Positions 42,187 through 50,900 of a stretch of 64,000 nt of DNA are shown here, piece by piece. The stretch lies in IMG/VR virus record IMGVR_UViG_3300030673_000004, positions 311,538-375,537 of that record. One strand, 5' to 3'. The stretch's first letter is position 1. Every line of letters starts with the position of its first letter. The notes under the pieces are model-generated. The model was given only the letters and a program-made list of their open reading frames with translations. It made no database searches and was not told the DNA's origin. The translations under genes were made by a program, and so were the position numbers.

Positions 42187-43049
42187 TGAGTGCTGCTAAT
42201 CTAACGTATTACGTATTCCTAGTAAGTTCTCCCGTAATAACACCAGCATCCGGTTACTATAGTGCAAACCAAAACATGCAAGTAACAATAACCAACCAAA
42301 CAGATGGCGCTGTAGTTTTTTACACAACAGATGGAAGTGATCCTACAACAGCATCACAGGCATACTCAGGACAATTTAATATAACAGCACCAGCTACAAT
42401 AAAGGCTATTGCGGTTGGAACCACTACAAGCAGTATTGTTGAAGAAAACTTTAGTGTTCATGAGCGAGCACAACCCCCTACAATACTACCAGCACCAGGA
42501 ACATACCAAGGCTCCATTACAGCTACAATTACAACGACCACAGTTGGTGCTTCTATATATTACTCAACTAATGGAACTAACCCAACAGCCACGTCTGGGA
42601 TACTTTACTCCGGCCCCATTACAGTAAGTAAAACAGAAAAGATTAAAGCTATTGCCGTCTCATCAAATTATGACAATAGTAATATCACAGCCGCATCATA
42701 CACAATAACTGAGTTACCAATAGCACCAGCACCATCTATAACACCAAAAACAGGACAATATACAACATCAACAGTTGTTACTCTCCAAACAGCACTAGCT
42801 TCTGGGGTTATCTATTACACAGTAGATGGAACTATCCCGACAGTTCATTCTACACATTATACAAATCCAATTACAGTGACTGAAGATACTACAATAAACG
42901 CTATTGTTATTGCAGATAACTATAAAAACAGTGCTATAACATCATCAGTGTATAGCCTTGTAGCCCCGCAACAAAGCTATCTAAACATATATGACTTCAA
43001 AATGGGATTACGAAAAGTAGACTCTTTTGCAACGGACAAAGACATATGA
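42186..43049 (+). CDS. Three-CHB_HEX_C-repeat protein with YDFKMGLR tail
   Basis: FYTTDGSDPT, YYSTNGTNPT, YYTVDGTIPT; C-terminal YDFKMGLR shared with the 34172 protein. Confidence 0.75.
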   Translation: MSAANLTYYVFLVSSPVITPASGYYSANQNMQVTITNQTDGAVVFYTTDGSDPTTASQAYSGQFNITAPATIKAIAVGTTTSSIVEENFSVHERAQPPTILPAPGTYQGSITATITTTTVGASIYYSTNGTNPTATSGILYSGPITVSKTEKIKAIAVSSNYDNSNITAASYTITELPIAPAPSITPKTGQYTTSTVVTLQTALASGVIYYTVDGTIPTVHSTHYTNPITVTEDTTINAIVIADNYKNSAITSSVYSLVAPQQSYLNIYDFKMGLRKVDSFATDKDI

Positions 43050-43567
43050 CAACGAGACAACCGCAAAACTACCCATGGTACATTGAATTAAGAAAACACC
43101 TAATAGATCCTTTCTTCAAATCACAGAAAACGGGATCCATAGGACGCATGTTCTCTACAGTAACATTTGGCATCTGCTGTTATTACTGGTTAAGCAGAAC
43201 AGGCTCATCTAATCATGAAGCACCGGCATCCCTGCTTCAAGTGTTCTTCTGGACTACGGGTTATGTGTTCGCCAATAAGGTAGTACATACTACATCAAAA
43301 CACATAGCATCTTACCAGAACGCCGCCGTGCCAGCGATACCTTCAATTAATAGCTTCGGTCACGGCACCACACAGGTACAGCCAACTACACCCCCAGTAC
43401 CTACGGTAAAGCAAGCTGCAGCAAAAGGAACCAAGACATCAAAAAAGACAGCACCTGTAATCCCTACAGAAGATTCACAGGAACCTGAGGATTCATCTGA
43501 TCAAACCACAGATGACAATGCAACGCAAGCGTCGGGTGATACTGTCATAGATAGTGATGCAGGATAA
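43046..43567 (+). CDS. Holin-like two-TM membrane protein with long polar tail
   Basis: Two hydrophobic segments (MFSTVTFGICCYYWL; LLQVFFWTTGYVFA) then a Pro/Thr/Lys and acidic tail. Confidence 0.45.
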   Translation: MTTRQPQNYPWYIELRKHLIDPFFKSQKTGSIGRMFSTVTFGICCYYWLSRTGSSNHEAPASLLQVFFWTTGYVFANKVVHTTSKHIASYQNAAVPAIPSINSFGHGTTQVQPTTPPVPTVKQAAAKGTKTSKKTAPVIPTEDSQEPEDSSDQTTDDNATQASGDTVIDSDAG

Positions 43568-43607
43568 ATAAAAAGAGGACCCAGGGCATGCACACCCGAG
43601 GTCCTCT
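43566..43607 (-). terminator. Intrinsic terminator of the candidate sRNA
   Basis: - strand AGAGGACC-TC-GGGTG(TGCA)TGCCC-TG-GGTCCTCT-TTTTATTT; U-tract only in the - direction. Confidence 0.7.
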
Positions 43608-43724
43608 CCCGGTAGTCAAAAGCTCTTCAGGAGCTTAGTGTCACCTCAACTAACTGTTGAGCTGATGACTACAGGCTACGTTTCGAGCCGAAGCCCGTAA
43701 GGATGTCTCTGAAGAACCGTCCTC
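43566..43724 (-). ncRNA. Candidate structured small RNA of unknown family (~160 nt)
   Basis: Consensus sigma70 promoter at one end and hairpin plus U-tract at the other, both on the - strand; no ORF; stems GUAGUCA/UGACUAC, CUCAAC/GUUGAG, AGCUC/GAGCU, GGGC-UUCG-GCUC. Confidence 0.65.
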
Positions 43725-43730
43725 AATCAA

Positions 43731-43759
43731 AATATAACATACTACCTAGTGATTGTCAA
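43731..43759 (-). promoter_or_regulatory. sigma70-type promoter of the candidate sRNA
   Basis: TTGACA (43759-43754), 17 bp, TATATT (43736-43731), with extended -10 TG. Confidence 0.75.
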
Positions 43760-43809
43760 GGTCTAATAACTTCTTCGTAGAAGATATTGGCAAAAGGTAC
43801 CTATTACTC

Positions 43810-46047
43810 ATGGCTAACACATCTAGAACTCGTCCAGACTTTAGCAATGCCTTGATGGCACCGGACATGCTAGCAACAGCCTTTGATACGGCTGATAATG
43901 ATCTAAAGAATGTTCTCCAAGCTGTCACAGCTAATACGGGAACAGGTATCGTTTCAACCATCGACCCAACAGCAGAGAACTCTCCCCTATGGGTTTTGGC
44001 AGTAACAGATAAAACGATGTACTGGGATGTGTACCCAGGAACAGCCGTTACAGCCTCGGGGAAATTTCTAACAACTACAAGCACAACACGAGTTCCCCTA
44101 GTGGATATAAGTGACGGTGCCGAGAATTTGATCATAATAAAAGCTGTTACAACACCATTAGAACACTATGTACTTAATAGTGTAGGTGATGTTGTAGATG
44201 CCGGTGACATGGAGTCATGTGAGATTGGCTGCATGACGTACAGCGAATATCTAAATCTGCAAGCAACGGCTACGACAGATACATATGATACGCTAAACAT
44301 AGACGACATTGTTGTTCTTGGGGTTGTAGCATGGGATGCATCTGCCGGGCCAACGTTATACACAGCAGCAACAACACGCTACTCTTGGCTGCGCCCATGG
44401 TTCACAGCCGTGGATGTAGAACATCGCTCCAAAATTGGTACGGGGACAGTATCAGATACTAACCCGCATGGACAAAGCTTAGCAGATCTACAGATAGGTG
44501 GTACAACCATCTATGAACATCTGACCAGCTCAGGTATGATCTACAGCAAAGACTACAGCACTATTGGCATACCCGGTGTTTATTGCTATCAGAGATTTCT
44601 TTCAGATGCCATACAATTAGATACTACAGGCGAAGTAACAAGCGACTCCCCCTATGGTGGGTTGAATGCACAATATGTAGTACTGTCTAATTTCCCAAAC
44701 ACAATCACGTCCGTTCGCAAGGTAAGCAGTAAGCGTGAGATGTGCGGTGGCATGGTCCCACGAAGCAACATTTTTGTTTTCTCCCGGCAGGAAACCATAG
44801 ATGATACCATAGATATTTGGTACTTCAAAACAGATAGCTTAACCGTATCTTCTGTTGCATCCACGTCACTCACACTGACAACAATGCAAAACAGTGATTT
44901 GGCTATTACAGGTGGACAAGCGTTATCCTCTGTAGGGAACACGACATTACAATTCCGTAGATATGGAAGTATTCCACGGTCACTAACAGCTTTAATCTCA
45001 ACAACAGGAAAGCTGTTCCCAGACCCTTACGTTCTTGTGCAGAGTACTCTCGTAACGGATGTATCAGGGGACAGTCAAACAAATGAGATTGAACTATATG
45101 CACCGGCCCTACTAGGTGTCGGCGTAAGTTCTTTTGCAGCCACACAGAGTGCCTATCTAGCTGTTCGACTCTACGGTACGGATACAAATGGGGCTGCTAT
45201 CAAAGAAACTCTAGAGTTCAAAGGCTCTGCCGTTACTGAAGCACCTGTTGGATCAACAGTTGAAAGCGCCACACAAGTTCTGTTCACACAACAGACATTC
45301 TACTCCCTCGTATCTTGGGAAGTCATTACAACAGCATCAATGGCACCAGCAAACCTAAATTTTGGTTGCGCTATCACGATTTATGCGAAAACAGATCTTG
45401 CCAGTTCTAAGCTAGCATCGGCAGTATCCGCTCACTGGACAGGCAGTTCTATCATAAATGCACGAGACTCCCGCCGAATCTTACCTATAGTAACGGACGG
45501 CGAATACGGGTTAACACCGATAACGCAGGCGGCTGAGAGCATAGGTTTAGCTAGCCAGATAAACTCCGTTACATTAGGTAGAGTGCCCGCACAACTTATA
45601 TGCGCCGAAGACTTCAGACAGCCTAAATACATCAACATAACTAAATGTGCTTGGCGTGGAAATAAGCTCCAATCTCCTAGCATAACAAGCATTCACGCCA
45701 CATCTACAAATGTTGTAGAGTGCTATAAATCTCGGTTCATACCGACACTCATGAGTGAAACATACACATTTCAAGTATGTGTTGTTTTATTCGGCAATGA
45801 TGTTCTAGCTGATACAGGAAGCGTTCGCTGCATTATTCGTGATTGGTCTGATGTAGAATATGAGACGATACTAAAACCCTATAGCGGTGATGCTAACAAG
45901 CGTACATATCTCTGCTACTCCACTATACCAGCACGGGCAGTAGCTTTCACTATTTCAGGCACAGCTAATGGATTTGCTGCATATCTAATGCAAAACTCTA
46001 ATCCAGATGCTGCCTACTACACCACATTGACACTAACAGGTATCTAA
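43810..46047 (+). CDS. Putative virion structural protein, paralogue of 22239 plus 24827 N-terminus
   Basis: In-frame ATG 43810 preferred over TTG 43753, which overlaps the antisense -35; NPHGQSLADL...GIPG and RDSRRIL...AEDFRQPKY...CYKSRFI similarities. Confidence 0.7.
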   Translation: MANTSRTRPDFSNALMAPDMLATAFDTADNDLKNVLQAVTANTGTGIVSTIDPTAENSPLWVLAVTDKTMYWDVYPGTAVTASGKFLTTTSTTRVPLVDISDGAENLIIIKAVTTPLEHYVLNSVGDVVDAGDMESCEIGCMTYSEYLNLQATATTDTYDTLNIDDIVVLGVVAWDASAGPTLYTAATTRYSWLRPWFTAVDVEHRSKIGTGTVSDTNPHGQSLADLQIGGTTIYEHLTSSGMIYSKDYSTIGIPGVYCYQRFLSDAIQLDTTGEVTSDSPYGGLNAQYVVLSNFPNTITSVRKVSSKREMCGGMVPRSNIFVFSRQETIDDTIDIWYFKTDSLTVSSVASTSLTLTTMQNSDLAITGGQALSSVGNTTLQFRRYGSIPRSLTALISTTGKLFPDPYVLVQSTLVTDVSGDSQTNEIELYAPALLGVGVSSFAATQSAYLAVRLYGTDTNGAAIKETLEFKGSAVTEAPVGSTVESATQVLFTQQTFYSLVSWEVITTASMAPANLNFGCAITIYAKTDLASSKLASAVSAHWTGSSIINARDSRRILPIVTDGEYGLTPITQAAESIGLASQINSVTLGRVPAQLICAEDFRQPKYINITKCAWRGNKLQSPSITSIHATSTNVVECYKSRFIPTLMSETYTFQVCVVLFGNDVLADTGSVRCIIRDWSDVEYETILKPYSGDANKRTYLCYSTIPARAVAFTISGTANGFAAYLMQNSNPDAAYYTTLTLTGI

Positions 46048-46049
46048 CA

Positions 46050-46928
46050 ATGGTTAATGCATTCTTCTTGGCAGGACTAAGTAAGCTACACTACACAGTA
46101 ATGAATAAAGTAATTGCTGCTGGAAAAACACCAGGATTGTTATCAGATAATGTCTCTTTAACCATATCAAATGATATACTAACTGTCGGTGCTCATGAAG
46201 TTTTATTCCCCTGTGGATTATATGCCAACATAGATGCATCTTACGACATAGCTCTGTCGGAATACAGTTTAGCTAAGTCAGCGACGAAATCATCTTGGAC
46301 TATTTATTGGTTAGCGGATTCAAATCTAGTATCATCACCGCAAATAGCCCTAAAGCGTGGTATCATTACACAGGACGCAGCTACTGATTATCAGTGTGTC
46401 ATTGGTTGGTTGATCTACCCAGGAAATAACATAGACCTAAGCAACTCTGTTACTGTTGCAACAATAAAAGAAGAAAAGACATTACTCAAAACGTGTCGTC
46501 CTTATATAGATCTAGTTCATACATCTATACCACCAAGCATAACAGCATCTGAAGTTGTTAATGATTATACAACAGCTATTAAGTTAGTAAATAGCTCAGC
46601 GTCCTCTATCACCGTGGAGCTAACAGCCTACGGTCTAACAGATGATCAGGTACCAGGTGAGCTTATCTTCAGATCAGCCACATCCGATTCTGGATTCACA
46701 CTCTCTGCTGAGATAGCAACATCAGCAGGTACCGGCATTTCTGCAGGCAATACAGCAACACTTGCGTCCGGAAGCAGCATAGTAAAGTTTCCTTTAGCAT
46801 ATCAGCAAGAATACTTTACTACTTGGTCACCATTTGCAATAAACCTCTATGTAAAGATCCCAGCACTGGGAACTATTAGTATCAATAGCTTAATTGTAAC
46901 AAATAGCCCACGTTTATCCGTAGGCTAA
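46050..46928 (+). CDS. Putative virion structural protein
   Basis: 292 aa, 2 nt after the previous stop, Ser/Thr/Ile-rich. Confidence 0.6.
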   Translation: MVNAFFLAGLSKLHYTVMNKVIAAGKTPGLLSDNVSLTISNDILTVGAHEVLFPCGLYANIDASYDIALSEYSLAKSATKSSWTIYWLADSNLVSSPQIALKRGIITQDAATDYQCVIGWLIYPGNNIDLSNSVTVATIKEEKTLLKTCRPYIDLVHTSIPPSITASEVVNDYTTAIKLVNSSASSITVELTAYGLTDDQVPGELIFRSATSDSGFTLSAEIATSAGTGISAGNTATLASGSSIVKFPLAYQQEYFTTWSPFAINLYVKIPALGTISINSLIVTNSPRLSVG

Positions 46929-46954
46929 TCACCATTTACAGATAGAGGCACATC

Positions 46955-47503
46955 ATGGTTGACAACGACTTTATTACTGGACGCTACTCAATTGTTAAAT
47001 TCAGGTTAAATCCTGATCGTCGTAGTCATAACCGGCTAATTACCTCTACCCTCGGTAAGTATGGCGTTGTGAATAGTGACTGGGCCAATGAGCAAGCCGA
47101 CAATGAGACCAGAGCACCTAGCCCCAATGAATTTTGGCTGGTTCGATGCGATGGTGAAATCAAAGCTAGGTGCCGTGAGGGTCTGTTGATCTTGTCACCG
47201 ATTCAGTATATACCACGTAAATACGTGCTAACACTACTTGATGGCATGTTCACTGAGTTCACCGAGTCAGGCGTCCGATACATCGAACCCAAGTGGAAGG
47301 ATCGCTACTGGATTCTACCGCTAGAATACCGCAGACAAATACCCAAGGAGGAAGCTCATGCTGTTATCGTGCTCAACTATCCGCATGCCATCGGCCCTGT
47401 AGGAGAAGACTACCCAGAAGATGCACAAGAGCTAGTTCAGAAGCCAGATGCTATCTGGAGTCAGGCTCAGATCATAACAACACCTGAAAATACTGAGGCA
47501 TAA
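46955..47503 (+). CDS. Hypothetical protein
   Basis: 182 aa with GAGG RBS. Confidence 0.7.
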   Translation: MVDNDFITGRYSIVKFRLNPDRRSHNRLITSTLGKYGVVNSDWANEQADNETRAPSPNEFWLVRCDGEIKARCREGLLILSPIQYIPRKYVLTLLDGMFTEFTESGVRYIEPKWKDRYWILPLEYRRQIPKEEAHAVIVLNYPHAIGPVGEDYPEDAQELVQKPDAIWSQAQIITTPENTEA

Positions 47504-47507
47504 GTCC

Positions 47508-47912
47508 ATGCCTGCTGTAGATCTCTTTCCAGACATCAAGTCAGTTAAAGCACTCCAGCAGGCATTGTTCTCATACCCACCGAATGAGATTGAAAAGTAC
47601 GACTTAGCATCTAGACAGCTCATCTTAAGCACTTTGATTGCAAAAGCAGAAGCTGTCTCACATAAACTACCAGACTACTATTATAGCACGCATACGCATC
47701 CTGAATTGATTGATGCGTACCAAGCCAAAATAGGTTATGTGCCCATGTCACTGCTCGATCAAGTAAATGAAGCCTGGGCTGGTAACTTTGAAACACTTGA
47801 ACAATACTACGAATTCATCTCTGTGTACAAAAAAGCAAATATCCAAAGTTCGTACATAGCGCCACAGCAAGATGCACAAGAGGCTGCTGTCGTAGATCCG
47901 GTACAGTACTAA
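47508..47912 (+). CDS. Hypothetical protein
   Basis: 134 aa, GAGG RBS, TAATG overlap with the helicase gene. Confidence 0.7.
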   Translation: MPAVDLFPDIKSVKALQQALFSYPPNEIEKYDLASRQLILSTLIAKAEAVSHKLPDYYYSTHTHPELIDAYQAKIGYVPMSLLDQVNEAWAGNFETLEQYYEFISVYKKANIQSSYIAPQQDAQEAAVVDPVQY

Positions 47913-50900
47913 TGCCACGTACATCTAAATTTGATAAATACACGCAGGGCCGTCTACGCATCCTACAAAATGCAGATTTGGATGAACGAGAAGCCCTGCA
48001 AAGAACAGTTGATCTAGTAAACGCTAGGTACAATAAAGCTATTCTGCTTGCTCGTGGCATGGCAGAGAGACAAGAGAGTGCCTTCAGAGGACAAGCGGAA
48101 TTGCATGGTGGGATTGTTGCACAACTAGCAGCACATACCAGTATGATGCCACCGAGCAACTTGGAAGGAACTAGTTGGGTATCACGAGGTAAAGGACAAG
48201 GTGCTGCGCCTAGTCATCCCTCAAGAGCTAATGAAGCAGCACAAGAAGCTGCAGAGACACCGCCGAGTACTCCAGCAGAAGCTACATCAGCACTTACACC
48301 GATAGTAGCTACAGAGATCGCCACAGATCCAATATCACTATCAGATGATACTGATGACAGTTACACGTCACCACAACCGGAACGCCGTCGTAAAGGCTTT
48401 ACAGCTACTGAGATGCATGCTGTTCATGACGCTACAACAGAGCCTGGCACGGCAGGCATGTCTTCTGAACTACTCGCATCAACACCCTTGAATAATATCC
48501 TAGGTGATCCTGGTGAAAAGTTCGTTGCTCTTGGCTTTCAAGCCGGTAGAGCACCGTACTTCGGTGGCTATGGACCGGGCACAGGTGATCAGCTAGGATT
48601 CTACATAGGAAACCAGTTCACAGATGGAAACTCTACTGTAACAGGTATCACAGAAGAAGATAGACAAGCACTAAAATTCGTAATACGAAAAATAGTTGGC
48701 GCAGGCTGCATCCGTATTGACGGTCTAACACAGCATCTGTTACCAAACAACATAGTTCAGCAAGCCCGCGATCTTGAGGCAGATAGAACCGTTACATGGG
48801 TACTTCCACTAAGTATCTATGGTACTGTACATGACGGGGCAGGATACGCTGCTGGTATTTATGTTGGATGCTACACTAAACTAATTGGAACACAACAAAC
48901 ACATACCTTTGAAACACAGTGGATTATTGGTTTCTGGGGTGCTGTTGGGATGTCTGCCCAAGAAATTGATGTAGCAAGCATGAAGCAGTTCGATCTATCA
49001 TCTGATAGTATCCTCACTGCAATTGGCTATTCTTGTTTGAGGAACCTAATTAATCACCAAAATCCTACAATAGAATTACGCGAGTTATCCTTACGAACAG
49101 GTATTCATGACGCATCTCATCCAAATGAGATGATCAAGACACCTACCGGAAACTTCATTGTAGTCAAAAGCACTGATCGTAGAAATGAATTTCCTGGGTA
49201 TGCAACTACAGGTGTTCTCCCTGATGACTTAAAGGATGTACCACAGCCTACACGAACAAACATGCGAGGACGCATTGTCTTTGTAGACTGGTCACGCAAG
49301 ATGATCCACTACTATACAGAGAGTGGAAAACTACATGTAAAGCTATTTGGTACTGGAACAGAAGTCAGCAACTACGACTACGAACAACTGTACCAACACC
49401 CAGTAAGATTATTCAAGAGTGATATTGAAGCAGCTATTCAGCTTGTTTCCGATCTACGCAGATTAGGTAAGCCAGTACCACCAGAAGCACGAACGGCCTT
49501 CCTAAACCACCCATGGGATGAACACCTTGATGGATTCACTTCTGCAATCCATGGTGGAGGTCTTACACCTAGAACACAGTACGATGAATTAGCTGCAGAG
49601 CTCGCACCGCTAGCGGAAGACCCCGTACTCTGTCTTACGTTAGAAAACCTTGTAGCCAGTTACAAAGGTGATCAAACTCTCTACAATTTAGCTCAGAGCT
49701 ACTATGATGTAGTCTCCTTTGATATGGCGCATGCCCTTGTAAATGGTTACTCGTTCACAGGTACTAATAGCGATACAGCATCATTTGATGATGTAGCAGA
49801 TCCACGCTCAAATGAACAACGCATGCGCACGCCTTTACTAGGTGTACTTTTACATCTAGTAAACAAGCCGAGCTTGCCTACAATGGAACAAGTTCAACAG
49901 CGCTTCAAAGAAGAGCACGAGCGTATGCAGAACCCTGACATGAATTTCATTATTCATGGTATAGGTAAGTATTTGAACCAAGCGGGCATTGCCGAGATAT
50001 ATAAACTCAAGCCTCACCAGGTCCGTGTCTTAGGCATGCTTCTACCACTTGATAAAGGTATCATTGACGTAGATATGGGTGGTGGAAAGTCTATCATCGC
50101 GATCCTTAAGATCATCAGCATGATAGAAAAACTGAAGGCTGAAGGAAAGAGACCACGACCTGTCGTAGTTGTACCAAATGCCCTGGTACCAACATTCTAT
50201 CGTGAAATCAAAAAATTCACACGCACAGATCCATCAGACGCATCGTCGGCTACAACACTGAATGTAGTCACACTGCAGAATAGCTCAACGTTGAAGCGCA
50301 TGAACCGCGATGCTATGATCGCAGCAGCACAGCATGCCCCAGATAATACCATATTCATTGCTTCCTACTCCTGGCTAGCTGGTGACCGCACATCTATCCA
50401 CACAGGTGAATACATCACAGGAGCTCGTGGAAAGAAAGAACCTAGAGTAGAATATAGATTCAATAGAGTAGAAGACTTGCTTGATCGTATCGGCATCAAC
50501 ATAGTATTCTTAGACGAGTGTCATAAGATCAAAGCCAATGGTCGTATGAATGGTGACTTTATTCATAAAGCTGCCATGGCACTCTCTAGAGCCCCGCATA
50601 GATTTGAAATGACAGGCACATTCATATCCAGAACACCTTTTGATATCTTCAACCAAGTCAAATTTATTGATCCAACTATTCTAGGATCCCTTCAGCAGTT
50701 CAAGGATGAGTTCACAGAGAATGATGGTCGCACCTGGGATAGCGATAGTCTAAAAAGACTCAGAAGCCATCTGATCAACCGAGGTATCATCACAGTCAGA
50801 CGTGAAGAGTGGTTGTACCTCATGCCTGAAAAGCGTGAGCACTTCCATTTTGTAGACTTCCAGCGGGAGGCTCCTATTGTGTACAAACTGTACACAAGCC

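Noticed and set aside
43662-43690. Hammerhead ribozyme (CTGATGA and CGAAAC both present)
   Set aside because: CUGAUGA is on the + strand and CGAAAC on the - strand; neither strand has a complete core.
43612-43700. IscB omegaRNA / HEARO-like resemblance (GTCAA...hairpin...GACTAC...CTACGTT)
   Set aside because: Only short-word similarity on the non-promoter strand; no IscB, TnpB or TnpA ORF adjacent. A covariance-model search would settle it.
43663-43713. Box C/D or TIGR-like guide (TGATGA...CTGA on + strand)
   Set aside because: Single instance, no array, no convincing internal C'/D' boxes or terminal stem, no Nop-domain protein nearby, and the promoter and terminator point to the - strand.
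43753-43809. TTG start of the 764-aa ORF
   Set aside because: It overlaps the antisense -35 box and lies upstream of the AACTTCT motif; ATG 43810 is more plausible.
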